A stretch of DNA of 63,270 nt, the filler included, from Olpidium bornovanus S191 (lineage: Eukaryota; Fungi; Olpidiomycota): assembly GCA_017911155.1 (NCBI GenBank). It is 28 parts of 28 records of this genome, joined end to end, with 100 filler letters (N's around TTAATTAATTAA, not from the genome) between each part and the next. Parts side by side here need not be neighbours in the genome. Positions count along the whole stretch, not along the records: positions 1 to 4,124 come from JAEFCI010009552.1; positions 4,225 to 8,456 come from JAEFCI010001467.1; positions 8,557 to 10,005 come from JAEFCI010009546.1; positions 10,106 to 13,000 come from JAEFCI010010806.1; 24 more parts are not named here. The stretch is one strand, 5' to 3'. This document shows, one piece after another, positions 1-11,109 of this stretch. The position numbers were made by a program, and so were the translations under genes. The notes under the pieces are model-generated. The model did not search any database. It was not told where the DNA came from and was given only the letters and a program-made list of their open reading frames with translations. The stretch's first letter is position 1. Each line of letters opens with the position of its first letter.

Positions 1-874
1 CATGTCCACGTACGGCGCGTATATCCAAATGTATTACCTGATTACGAGCAAGCTCCTCGAGGCGGTTGGTCGAGCCGGCAGCAAAAACTAACGTCGTTGG
101 CTTGGCCTTTTTTTATGCTTGGAGTACTTTTTTGTGCAACGACTCTGGGGTAAGTTTAAACCTTCAGGATATGTAAGGGACCTCCCAAAGACAAAAGAGA
201 GGGAAAGAAAAGAACTTAAATCTCCACGAGTTTGCCAGTAGGCTGAACGGCGATCGAAGCAAATACCGTTTCCTTGATTGTTTGAGACGCAGGTGAGGTG
301 ATCGTGCCTGTAATGCTTAGCCGACACAGGCCGGCGTTAAAGCCGGCGCCGTAAATGACAACAGTTGTAACGGTTTGCGCCGCGCACCGTTTGGTGCATC
401 GGCAAGATTTCCTCCTGCGGGTGCGAGGATGACCGAGTGGGGCGGTACCGGTCCGTTGGGTGCGGGGTGCGGGAGGGGGGGAAGGGAGTGTTGCATTGTT
501 GGAGCCCAGAGGAGAGAGAGCGCCACCGGGCGTCGTCACGGAGACGAGGAGAGACCGCTCGAGACAAGTTTGCGTTCCAGCCGTCTACTTTGAGCCCCTT
601 TCATACGGCTGCTGGATAGGGATTCTACGGCCAGGGGAGAGGGGACGTGGGAGCGCGCAGGGTCCGTAGCGTCGCCCGCGCCAGGGGTCCCCTTCATTGT
701 CAACCGAGAGGGGCGGGATTCTCGCAGCTTTTATGACATGACGCTTCGGGCGCCTCAGCCTTCCCTCCGCCGTCCTCTCTCCGCCGCCGGTCGGCGCTTA
801 ACTGGTGTTCCTGTGCGGCCTGTCCTTCCCTCCCTTGTCTCCGGGCGGCGACCGCCGGACCTTCTTCCCGCTAC

Positions 875-3094
875 ATGCAGCCTGCATTCCGTCCCGTTGC
901 CCTCCACGCTCCCCTCAAACGCCGCTCGGCCCTCGGTCGCGCGCTCGCCGGTGGCATCGCCGCCGCGTCAGCACTCACCGCCACCGCGAGCGTAACCACT
1001 GCCGTGGTTGTAAGGGGTCTCCGAAAGAAGGCGGACCGCGCCGCCTCGCGTCTTCTGCTGCCGCAGGTGCTGCAGGCCTTTTCGCCGACGTTTTCTGCGA
1101 ACCCTGCCACCGTCGCGGACCGCAGCCGGCTGCTCAGCTGCGCCGCGCGTCACGAACCCGTCCCAGAGGCGGCAAGACCTTTGCGACCGGTCCGGCCGTT
1201 GTCCCCTCGCCGAAAGGAGGAACGCCGCACGCAGCCGGCCGGCAGAAGACACCTCAGTGCGGAGGCTGCCGAGGCGGCAATGCCTGAAGACGAGGAAATG
1301 TGCGTCGCGCAGAGGCCCACGCCGGTCGGCGCCGACGCTTTGCCAGACAAGTACGCGTCGTGGTCGCGCTCGGACTTCGTCGCCCGGATACGCGAGCTGG
1401 AGGCCGCCGCCGGCCAGGCCGTCCTTTCCGAAGCGCCCCCGCGGGACGTCGACACGGACTCCGCGGCGCGCAAGCGGAAGCGCGGCGTCGAGGCGCCCGC
1501 TCCGGGCTACGCCGTCTCCAGCCAGGAAAAAGAAGGAGAAGGAGAAGGCGGCGGCGCCTCGACGGGCAAGGCGGTCAAGGCGAAAAAGAAGAAGGAATTC
1601 GACTTTTCGAACTTCGCTCGACGGAAAATCGCCCTGCGGGTGTTCTACTACGGATGGCCGTACAGCGGTTTCACGTCGACGTTCGTGCGCGAAGCAGGCA
1701 CTCCCGCCACACCTGCCGACGCTACGGGCGACCAAGAAGCCGCGTCGGCGGGCGCGGACGACAAGGGCGACGCGGGGGCGGCGGTTCCAGGGAACTTGGT
1801 GTTGGACACCGCGACCGACACTGTCGAGCGAAGACTGTTTGAGGCGCTGATGAAGGTTAAGTTCATAGAGCAACCGGGCAGCTGCGACTTCCAGCGCTGC
1901 GGACGCACCGACAAGACAGTCTCGGGTCTCGGGCAGGTCGTTTCGCTTTATGTCCGAAGCAAGTTGCCGAAGGACCACCCAGAAGTGGCAGTGTACAACC
2001 AGGAACGAGCCAACGACGACCTGTCGCCGGAGTGCACGACGGCAGCGGGGGAGGAGGGAATGAAGCCGGGAGGCGAATCTTCTAACCACGCTGTCGACAA
2101 GGCCAGTGCGGCGGCCGACCACATGCAAGAGATACCATACGTCCACGCCCTGAACTGCGTCCTCCCAGACACGATACGGGTGGTAGCGTGGGCGCCGGTG
2201 CCGCCCTCGTTCAACGCGCGCTACGATTGCCAGCGCCGGACGTACAAGTATCTCTTTTTTCGGGAAGACCTGGATGTGGCTCGCATGCAGGACGCAGCGG
2301 ACCGAATGGTGGGCGATCACGACTTCCGCAACCTGTGCGTGCTGAGCCCTTCGGGAAACGTGACGCGGTTTGTGCGCACCGTGTTTGCCACCTCGATCAC
2401 TCTCCGCGCCAAGGGGAAGTCGCCCGCAAGAGACATGTTCGAATTTCGTCTTGAAAGCCACGGGTTCCTCTACCACCAGATTCGCTGCATCATGGCCGTG
2501 CTGTTCATGGTTGGCCAAAAGCTCGAGAGCCCCGAGGTCGTTGATGCCCTGCTTGATGTCGAACGCACGCCATGCCGCCCGTTGTACGATTACGCGGATG
2601 GGCTGCCGCTCGTGCTGTACGAGGCCAAGTATGCTGTGGACGCCGCGAAGGTTGATGGCCTGGACTGGCGAATCGGAAGCTCGAATCCTGCCGTGACGGC
2701 AAGCCGACTCCACGAACACGATGGCAGAGTGGTGCTGCGCTCTGTAAAGCAGCGGCTGTCCGTGCAGTGGCAGGAGCACGCGATCAAGGCGGCCCTGTTC
2801 GAGGAGGGACTTGACGTCGTCGAGGGCATGATAGATCGGATCGAGGCGGAGGGCGGAGGGGAATCGACGGACGAGCCCCGCCGCGAGCCGGGCCCCATCA
2901 CGGGCGCCGGCAAATACGCGCACCCGGACCGCCGGAAACACCGGCCGCTGCTCGACCGCCGAACTCTCGAGAGCTACGAGTCTCGCGCGCGCACGCTGCG
3001 CAAGAAGACCGAGGACAAGCAGCTGAGGAAGGCCGCTGCCGCCGCGGCTCCCGGTACGCTCAAGACCGGTTCTGGAACGGCAGCGCCCGAATGA
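875..3094 (+). CDS. PUS3: tRNA pseudouridine(38/39) synthase, TruA family (Pus3/Deg1); intronless; alternative start at ATG 1280
   Basis: Motifs: KYASWSRSDFVARIRELE, RKIALRVFYYGWPYSGF, catalytic RCGRTDK, FNARYDCQRRTYKYLF, GDHDFRNLC, FLYHQIRCIMAVLFMVG, and RPLYDYADGLPLVLY. Confidence 0.95.
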   Translation: MQPAFRPVALHAPLKRRSALGRALAGGIAAASALTATASVTTAVVVRGLRKKADRAASRLLLPQVLQAFSPTFSANPATVADRSRLLSCAARHEPVPEAARPLRPVRPLSPRRKEERRTQPAGRRHLSAEAAEAAMPEDEEMCVAQRPTPVGADALPDKYASWSRSDFVARIRELEAAAGQAVLSEAPPRDVDTDSAARKRKRGVEAPAPGYAVSSQEKEGEGEGGGASTGKAVKAKKKKEFDFSNFARRKIALRVFYYGWPYSGFTSTFVREAGTPATPADATGDQEAASAGADDKGDAGAAVPGNLVLDTATDTVERRLFEALMKVKFIEQPGSCDFQRCGRTDKTVSGLGQVVSLYVRSKLPKDHPEVAVYNQERANDDLSPECTTAAGEEGMKPGGESSNHAVDKASAAADHMQEIPYVHALNCVLPDTIRVVAWAPVPPSFNARYDCQRRTYKYLFFREDLDVARMQDAADRMVGDHDFRNLCVLSPSGNVTRFVRTVFATSITLRAKGKSPARDMFEFRLESHGFLYHQIRCIMAVLFMVGQKLESPEVVDALLDVERTPCRPLYDYADGLPLVLYEAKYAVDAAKVDGLDWRIGSSNPAVTASRLHEHDGRVVLRSVKQRLSVQWQEHAIKAALFEEGLDVVEGMIDRIEAEGGGESTDEPRREPGPITGAGKYAHPDRRKHRPLLDRRTLESYESRARTLRKKTEDKQLRKAAAAAAPGTLKTGSGTAAPE

Positions 3095-3751
3095 TAGACA
3101 ATAGTGTTTGTGCTAGATGAGATATAACTTAGAGGCGGGCAGAATGCCGCACAAAAGGTTGAAAGGCGTTTTGGGACACTGGCCAATCCATCGTCTGACC
3201 ATTATATTAATGTTGGGGGACCTTGTGGACGGAAGATGACCGACTTTTTTCTCCGCTTGTCCCCCATGCAAAAATCTTGTCACGTGATGACCCATTGATT
3301 GGTAGACAGACTCCCTCCCTAGATAAAGGTGCAGATTCTTTCCCAAGAACAACATACAAGAAACAAACAAACAGCAGCGGTTTCCCCCCAGCCCCTGTTG
3401 GAAAAAAAGGGGAAAGGGGGCCGGACGTAGCCGGTGGCGCAGACTCCTGCGGGAGTCATCCCTCCTTTCTTCCCCCTGTAAATCCCGCACGCCGACGCCA
3501 TACAAAACAAACCAAAAGCTTGTAGAAACTCTACAGCGTTCTGAACCGCGCGGTGCAGTCTCCGCCGCCCGCCGTCCGCCGTCTCCGCCCTCCATTGTGC
3601 ACTCGTCTACCTTTGTCTCCTTTGGTTCACGTCCGTCGTTCAGGTTATGAGCCCAACCCGCGACTCCGAAGAAGAAGAGAACTACCGCCTCCTCTCCGTC
3701 TGAAGCAGAACCACGGAGAGAGAAGCAACCACGGAAAGGAGAGAAGCAACC

Positions 3752-4124
3752 ATGGAAGGAAGAGAACTCGCGGGCGAAAGCACAACGCCACCGTACACCC
3801 CTCCAGGCGTACGACGCATGCGGAGCTCGACCGCGTCCATGACCTCAAGGTGGTCAAGGACAGTCAAGGACTCTGTGAAGGCGCTCAGGGAACGCCACAG
3901 GAGAGAGGAAACGGAGCAGCGTCACCAGGAGGAGCTCAATGACCTACGTCAAATGCTGGCGCAGGAGAAAGCCCACCGAGCACGAGCGGAGGAACGCATG
4001 AAAGACTTGGAAGCTGCACTTCTCCAAGCAGAAGAAGAGGAAGAAGAGGACGACCAAGTAAACTCCGTCCAGGATGACAGAGATGGCTCCGCCAACGAAG
4101 AGCGTGTTCGCGCGGAACGCGTGG
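3752..4124 (+). CDS. Hypothetical charged coiled-coil protein fragment (runs off the contig end)
   Basis: Open frame with heptad-like E/R/L content (RHQEELNDLRQMLAQEKAHRARAEERMKDLEAALLQ), preceded by about 3 imperfect 21-nt repeats at about 3702-3762. No family recognised. Confidence 0.3.
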
Positions 4125-4224
4125 NNNNNNNNNNNNNNNNNNNNNNNNNNNNNNNNNNNNNNNNNNNNTTAATTAATTAANNNNNNNNNNNNNNNNNNNN
4201 NNNNNNNNNNNNNNNNNNNNNNNN
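4125..4224. other. Artificial contig-joining linker (44 N + TTAATTAATTAA + 44 N); first of 27
   Basis: The same 100-nt structure recurs, starting at 4125, 8457, 10006, 13001, 14627, 19076, 21134, 23167, 24913, 26261, 29891, 32899, 36087, 37283, 38520, 39847, 41349, 43512, 44745, 46274, 48222, 52204, 54930, 56087, 58404, 59524 and 61780. TTAATTAATTAA places stops in all six frames. Confidence 0.99.
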
Positions 4225-4489
4225 CAGGTGGCAATAAGATTTAAGGGTTCACAAGCACGGAAACCTGAATATACCCAACCGTCCCCCGAACGGAAGTTTT
4301 GCGTCGCAGACGAGCGGAGAAGAAGTGAGATGACGAAAACCCATGCTTGGCGCTCGGACAATAACTCGCAGCAGGCAATATGAAGCAAGATGTGATCATG
4401 TGTACAGCACCGCAATAAATTGACGGTTTTTCGCAAAGGTGTCGCGGCGGACAATAACCGCGTCAGTCAAAATCGGGAAACGAGGCTAA

Positions 4490-6365
4490 TCAAATAAGCG
4501 CGACTCGGGTCCTTTTCAGGCCGCCCGAGAACGTGTTGCCAATTGTCTTAGTGCAGCCCTGCAGTAATCTGTATCCCTCGTGGACGTGCTGTGGCTGGAG
4601 AGGAGCCTGTCCTTTGGGCGCAGCAGCAAATAGCGAGTCCGTGGTGGCCTGGGCCGTTGGTACTGCCTCGAACAGAGAGCGGAGGTCTGCAGGCTCCCCG
4701 CCACCGCACCGGCCGCCACCAACCGCTTTCCTACTGGAAATCCCGTCCGTCTTCTCTTCGTTACAGCCCTCTTCGGCGGCTGCTGTTGCCGCCGCCTCCT
4801 CCGCGCGCTTCACACCCAGTGCAGAGCACGTCAAGGTGCTGACCATCTCAAAGGTCAGAAAGCCTAGGATGTCGATGATATCGTCGTTCGGCTTTACGTC
4901 CAGGTACGCTGCCAGGTTCGCCCACTCCTTAAACTTCTTCGCCTTGCGGTACGTGAAGGATGCCTGACGGCATTCGGAGTAGTGAACGTACTCCTCCTTC
5001 GTCATTTTCCTGGTAATCTCGTCAGCGTCCTGACTTCCCAAGCAAATAAACGTAAAATAAAATTTTTTCAATACAGGCACAACAAAAAGCAACAGGTCTT
5101 TAGTTACCACCGTACCTTCAGCCGCTGCATCGTATCGCGATACGCTTCCAGCTCGTCCTCGTCTTCTTCGTTGTCGTCGTCGTTCAACACGTCCAAGAAA
5201 CCGGCAAACAAGTCCCAGGAAAGCTTCACAGTTTTCTTCCTCATCTTCATGGTTTTTTCGCCTAAGAAAACACGAGACGACAATCCCGGAAATTTTTCAT
5301 TGACATGACTCAAACGGCGAAAACTCTTCCCGCTCCAGCTTCTTCAGATGTTCACACGACGAAAACGGACCTGAACTCGGCTCCCCGAGAATGCCCTCAG
5401 CCTCAATCATTTCCTCGGTTGCGTCGTTCTTCGACGCTTCCTTCACGTTCTTCCGCACGTCTTTCCATGACAGATACGTGCGCAAGCGGTTACACTTTGC
5501 CTTGTCGTGCCGGATTAGGAATATGAGGTCCTCTGCGCTCAGATGCCGGGACGATTGACGGTGTGCCTGCGCCGCGCCCTGGATGATCTGCAAGAAAATC
5601 CAGCCGCCAATGTCAAAAGGGTGCGTGGTGGGTTCTTGAAAGCAAAAGACAGGGAGCGTACGATTTCGACAACTTGGGATCGCACAATGTCCTCTATCAG
5701 GTTGACTGTGTCGAGCGCAGGGTCGCTGACCTCGCCGAAGACAAACATCATCTGCTGGATCTCCGTCGTGTACTTGTACTTGGAGGATGGCTGCTGCGCC
5801 TTCGTGGACTGCCACGGCCAAGGGGTCGACAAAACGCGCGACGTTGTGAGCGGCGGCTGCCACCGATTGTCACCTGCTGTCGTGCTTTCCGTACCGTCGC
5901 TGGCGGCCGGCCAGGTTGTTCTTCCTCAGACGCATCCTTCGCCGGATCCGCTCCGGTGGCGGCCCGCTTCGCTTTCTTGGCGGGTGACGCCCGGTCCGTT
6001 TTCCGCTTCTTGGGCCTAACAGGAGCGCTTTTATTCTCCGTCTCGCCGCACGAGGCTTCGCCCTCGCGGGCCGTCTGGCTAGACACGCCGTTGGCTTTCT
6101 TGGTCGGCGACGGTGCGCCGCCAGCGGCAGGCGGGCCTGCCGCCTTCGCCTCCGCGGCGTGGCCTGGACGAGACACAGCTTGCTCTCCGGCGAGCACAGC
6201 GCCGCTGGCCGCCGCCTGCGTGTTCGGCGAAGGGGTTGCGGCGGACGGCGGCGCGGAAGGGCCCGCAGTGCCTAAGGAAGCGGCCGCGGCTGCGGTTTTG
6301 TTTCGATCCTTGGGCGCAGCGGCCGGCTCGTCGGCGGTCGCGTGCTCAGGCGCGGGGCCGTGCAT
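4490..6365 (-). CDS. SPT3: SAGA complex subunit Spt3 (multi-exon)
   Basis: Exons encode KYKYTTEIQQMMFVFGEVSDP, SAEDLIFLIRHDKAKCNRLRTYLSWKDVRKNVK, DEITRKMTKEEYVHYSECRQASFTYRKAKKFKEW and KPNDDIIDILGFLTFEMVSTLT. The first intron 5873-5809 (GT..AG, phase 0) joins in frame. Start at 6365 is inferred. Confidence 0.93.
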
Positions 6366-7229
6366 TGGCAGGCACGAGGTGCGCAGACGGGCGCGGGGGA
6401 AGACTGCGGCACACACGCGGCTTGCGAGGAGAGAGAAGAGGAGAGAGGTGAGAGGGACGGGGCTACGCGCCGCGGGCAGGTTGTACGGTCGGTCCCGTTT
6501 CCTCTCCGACTTCGTGCGGCCGGTGCGGGTTTTCCCGTTTGGGGCGAGGCGGGGCGGGGCGGGGGGTTTTGAGATTCAGAGACACAGAATGCCGCATTCC
6601 GAAAGTGCCGAAGGGAGTGTCAAAAATCCCGGAGAGACGGAGGCGAATTGCGTAAGCGCCTGCATTCGGTGGCTCTGGGCAAATGGACGATGCCCGCAAA
6701 CATTCGCCGGAATATGCGCGGCGCAAAAGATGCTCTCCACAACTACAAATTGCTGAGGCAAGGCTCAGGATATGGCGCCTCACGTGGGGGGGGGGGGGGC
6801 TCCCTTTGCGTTTGCCGCGTGGTGATCAGTAGTCCTCACGTGTTGGCGCGGCGTGGCGAGGCGGCCAATCACTTCGTGTCAGTGGTGGGACGAGGAGGCC
6901 AGTCTTTGCGCGCCCGCGGTGTGACGAAGCGGCCAGCCCTCGCGGGCCAGTGGTGCGATGACGTGGTCGGCCCTCGCGCGCGGGCTTTTCAGGCCTTTCC
7001 GGTGTTGTATAGCCTCGCGGCCTGACACCGCCATGCGCTGACGTTCATGAGAGTATCATCCTCGGTTATCGTTCCAGCCTGTCATAAGTGTGCATCAGGT
7101 CTATTAGCGCTACATGGACATTCGGCAGGTTTATTTCGCTGCCGCGGCGAAAAACCTCTGAGACTGCTGGAGGATGTGCAAGGGGCCTTAATGGTGTCAC
7201 CGGGAACATCCGGCTTGAGTAGCCGGCTA

Positions 7230-8456
7230 TATTTTGCGGGCTTTTTGCGTCGAGCCGAACACGCAGTCACAGGTTCCCGAGTCAGCACGATCTCGGAGCG
7301 GCGGTGTAATCAGCCTCAACGGTTGAAAGCAAGACACACCGCTGCTTGATAAAGCACCAGTGCACTGCAGCACCGGCGAAGTTGAAGAGGTATCCGGTCT
7401 GGCTCTTAAATCGTCCGTATCGCCAGCCCAATCAGCATCGACGAAGCCTTCGAATGCAAGCTGGTCATGTTCCGATAAGGTCTGTAGGCTGCCGGTGAAT
7501 TTTTTGCGAAAGCATAGACGAAATGATTTCGCCCCGACATGGCATTGTAATATTGGCTTTATATGGATCATATGAATGGTTGAAGGTTCGTCATAGTGCC
7601 TGGCGAGTTGAAAGAATGCGACTGTGATGTCCGGTCTGGTACATCGCCCAAGGTACAAGAGCAAGCTGATAACTGCTTGGTACATCTTCTTGTCTGCAGC
7701 AGGCTCGTGCATGGCGCGCTGCGACAGGGGAACATTAAGCGTCTAACCGCGTCGATTTTGGGGTGGCCTTTCTGAGACCAAGGTGGCTGGTCATCTCCCG
7801 TACGTAACGTTCGGGATCAAAAGAGATGGAGCGGTCGAGGTAGCACAGAACACGAATGCAACAGTAAAGAACGCACACAAAGACTCATTGTTAAAAAACG
7901 TTGTCAATCGCCGCTTCTTCCGCGGCAATCTGTGAAAAATCCCCGTCGGTAACCGTCAGGTCATCAACATAAAGGACGATAACGACCGCGGGGACATCGC
8001 TCGCCGCGAGAAGGTTTGCGGCATGAGTGTGGCGGCAAGCTTCTTCACGGCGTTTCATGGAGGAGACAACGTCAGAAGTGGAACGCTGCTGCCATATCCA
8101 AGCGCGTACGCCTTCCTGGGACATGTGTGGAACGGCGCTTTCGGCAAGAACGCCCGCGGCGTTCTCTTGGCCGGCTGTAGTCCCAGTCATATAGGCTGTA
8201 GTCCCAGTCGTATAGGATATAGTCCCAGTCGTATAGGCCGTAGTTCCAGTCGTATAGGCTGTAGTCCCAGTCGTATTGCCATCTCGCGGAAGCGAGAGTG
8301 TGTGAATGCACGACTCTGCGGAAACACGGACGAAACCATGTTTTGTCAGAAATCGATAGATTCGGGAGTTCCCGCAATTACACTTTGTTTGAAACCGTGA
8401 AGGCACGTTATTTAGAGTTACACTAGCGCAGGGCCAATGACATACCTTTCTTGGCG
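7230..8456 (-). mobile_element. Degenerate Ty1/copia LTR-retrotransposon pol remnant (RT + RNase H), frameshifted
   Basis: CLHGFKQS (cf. LYGLKQ), RFLTKHGFVRVSAESCI, VLYVDDL (YVDD at 7960-7971), YQAVISLLLYLGRCTRPDIT, and RNase H EGFVDADWAGD, spread over several frames with stops. Confidence 0.88.
8175..8279. repeat. 21-bp minisatellite, 5 copies (CTGTAGTCCCAGTCGTATAGG)
   Basis: Contiguous copies start at 8175, 8196, 8217, 8238 and 8259, each with 0-2 mismatches except the divergent end of the last. Confidence 0.97.
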
Positions 8457-8651
8457 NNNNNNNNNNNNNNNNNNNNNNNNNNNNNNNNNNNNNNNNNNNN
8501 TTAATTAATTAANNNNNNNNNNNNNNNNNNNNNNNNNNNNNNNNNNNNNNNNNNNNGGTATATTACTTTTTTACCTCTAACAACCAAAATCGTCTAGGCA
8601 TGGCGGCCGGGTGTCGCGCGGTTTTGTATTCAACGAACCCCCCCCCCCCTT

Positions 8652-8688
<37 letters not shown>

Positions 8689-10880
8689 GGGGCAACGTCA
8701 GCACGCACTAGAAATGCAAATGTTTTTTTTATTGTCATCGCAACCGACAGGTGGAAAGCGGCCCAAATCGGCGACCTGTGTGTATTTGAAATTGTCAATG
8801 GTATTTATTGCCGTATCGATCGACTATTGGAATTCTGAGGGGATTATGTCGCAGGAACGACCGGGGACAAAAAGGAGAGGGGGGAGGGGAAAGAAAGTCC
8901 GACCTATATACGGCCCACCTCAGCGTTTCAACTTGGGCTCAACCGCCAGCTAAACTCACGGTCTGGCAAACCGCGACTGTCTCCCTCTGACGTGCGGAGC
9001 AATTCCGGCAGAGGCGAAGAATGCCTTAAAAGAGGCGGGAAGAGCAGCGCGCGGCAACGCGCTCGAAAATGAGGTTCTGGCGCTCTGTGGGTGCAAACCG
9101 CGGTAGTCTTGCGCCCGTGGCCGGAGCGCGCGAGGGGCCGAGCGGGAGTTCTTTTCCGACGGCCTCGAAAAACCTTCATTCCGACCTTCGCTGTTGATCC
9201 GAAGGGGCTTCCAGAAGTTCGGGATCATGTTCTCGCATTTTTTTTTTTTTTTTTTAAAGATGCGCAGGGCCGGGTCGCACCTTTCGTCCAGGGCCGTAAA
9301 GAGCCGCCTGGTGAACTGCCGGCTCGTCGGGACGAGGGTGTGGTGGATGCGGCGGGACGTTACCGGCCGTTGGCCGACAGGGAAGGGCGCGCATCGAGCC
9401 CGTGAGAGGGAGATGGAACGGAAGAGCGCGTTCGGGGCGTTGCGCCCGCTATCTACTTTCAGGCCTTCTTCTGGCACGGTTCTACGAGGCGACCGCCCGT
9501 CGCTGTTCTCCGACAGCCCCCTCGACGCGAGCCGGCCCACAAATTCGCGAAGTCTAGGAAGCATCGCCGGGAGGGATTGCCGTCCGGAAACAGACACAGC
9601 TTTCCGCCCCTTTTGTTCTCTACACCCCCCCCCCCCACTAACGCACCTACTGCGCCCGCGGGCCTCCCAAAAAAAAAAAAAAAAAATCCACGAAGGCACA
9701 CCGCTATTTTTTTTTCTTTTTTTTCTTTATCTTCGCGCTTGCGACAGCGGGCGGTTTGGCGTTCGGTCCAACCCCCTTCTAGATTGCGCGCGCCTCCCGA
9801 GCATGTCTCGGAACTTGGAACAGATTTGACTCTGTCGATCGGGTTTGGTGAAGAGAGATCCGGCCGAGCCCGCGGCCGAAAGAAAAAAAAAAAAGGAGGG
9901 GGGGCGTCACGCAACGAAATATCTGGCGTCTGCCGCGAGACACGTATGGCACCGGTTATTTCGGCGGTTCGAGGAGGGCGCAAGGGCGGTCTTGGACTAA
10001 ACTACNNNNNNNNNNNNNNNNNNNNNNNNNNNNNNNNNNNNNNNNNNNNTTAATTAATTAANNNNNNNNNNNNNNNNNNNNNNNNNNNNNNNNNNNNNNN
10101 NNNNNCATGCAAGGCTCCGAGTGGATAATCACTTTCCTGGGCGAGGCGATGCGTCACCTCCGACGTTCATCCTTGAAAAAGAAGCCAGACATCCTGAATA
10201 GCTTCAGCGCATATACAGAGGCCGTCCATCTGGAAGCTGGGGAGCGGCCCGAATGTCTACAGGGAAACGGGTGAGGCAAAAATGTCAGCAGCGAATGAGC
10301 GGTCCTTGCAGTGGAAACAGGCTTACGCATTGAATTCACGGCAAAAAATTAATTCCATCAGGATTGAATGGCAGAGCGCGTCAATCGGACGCTGCTGGAG
10401 ACGTGCTGACAAAGGTGTTGCCCCGCGAATGACACAAGGTTCATTGGCGCGCCATAATTTCGCTTCTGCAGGACGACGGCACAATCAAGGAGGACAACGG
10501 ATGATGGGAGGGGACCGCAATCGTCCGTAGCCCATATAATTCAGACGCCCTTCGCACACTTGCATATAAGTCCCGCACGGACGCCCCCTCAGGGGGGCCA
10601 GCAGATAGCTCTCCACCCTCCCTTCCTCTTCCTCGCGCTCCGGTTTTTTCCCCAAATCACAAAAGGGCAAGCATACTACATATATACCGTTCATCGAGTC
10701 ATTGGTGCAGCTCTATCTCTTTCGTTTGTTTCGTTTTCTTACTGTTTTTTTTTTCGTTTTAGAAAGTGGCGGGCAGAATGATGAGCAGAGGGAAAGAGAG
10801 AAGAGGGAGAGACGGAACGAGAGAGAGAAAAAACACCAGCTGCTTCCAGCACTTTCCGCCCGCCGCCCGCTGTCGTCATC

Positions 10881-10890
10881 GTCACGTGAT
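10881..10890. promoter_or_regulatory. Putative bHLH E-box (GTCACGTGAT) about 230 nt upstream of MBF1
   Basis: Matches the RTCACGTG Cbf1/USF-type consensus. The same motif occurs upstream of other genes in the window. Confidence 0.4.
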
Positions 10891-11109
10891 CACGGCACGG
10901 TTTCTCCGCACCGGAGGAAACGAGGCGAGGACACCGGGGAATTCAGCTGAGCAAAGCACGAGAGAGCGAGACCAGCCCCCCACGGCACCCCGCCGCAGCC
11001 ACCCGCCTACGCCCGGCAGACCTGACAAGGCCGCCTCTGTCCGCCTAACACCTTACGCCAGCCGGACTCTCAGCCTCCCACCGACGCTCCGCTGAACGAC
11101 GTGGCAGCC

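Noticed and set aside
968-2941. 657-aa antisense ORF overlapping PUS3 (likewise 23495..24889, 23511..24641, 27051..28352, 51239..52168 and many others)
   Set aside because: Shadow ORFs expected from high GC and GC3-biased codons on the true coding strand; no motifs.
4169-4180. TTAATTAATTAA as a regulatory or PacI-like element, and ORFs ending in X...LIN
   Set aside because: Part of the artificial linker; ORFs that run into N are translation artefacts.
8175-8279. 21-bp repeat as a CRISPR array
   Set aside because: Units are contiguous with no unique spacers, there are no cas genes, and the context is eukaryotic. The same applies to the 75-bp and 102-bp repeats.
8072-8377. (YDWDYSL)x5 ORF as a fungal RiPP/KEP-type repeat precursor
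   Set aside because: No signal peptide and no KR/RR sites between repeats. It is an alternative frame of a minisatellite inside a decayed retrotransposon.
8800-9700. Possible spliced minus-strand gene (MLPRLREFVGRLASRG...; ...RFARPIPIVDRYGNKYH*)
   Set aside because: No recognisable motif, and the exon joins could not be established.
10106-10530. Short GT-AG-bounded exon-like blocks (RPSIWKLGSGPNVYRETG...DDGTIKEDNG*)
   Set aside because: Plausibly the 3' end of a gene, but too short and unassignable.
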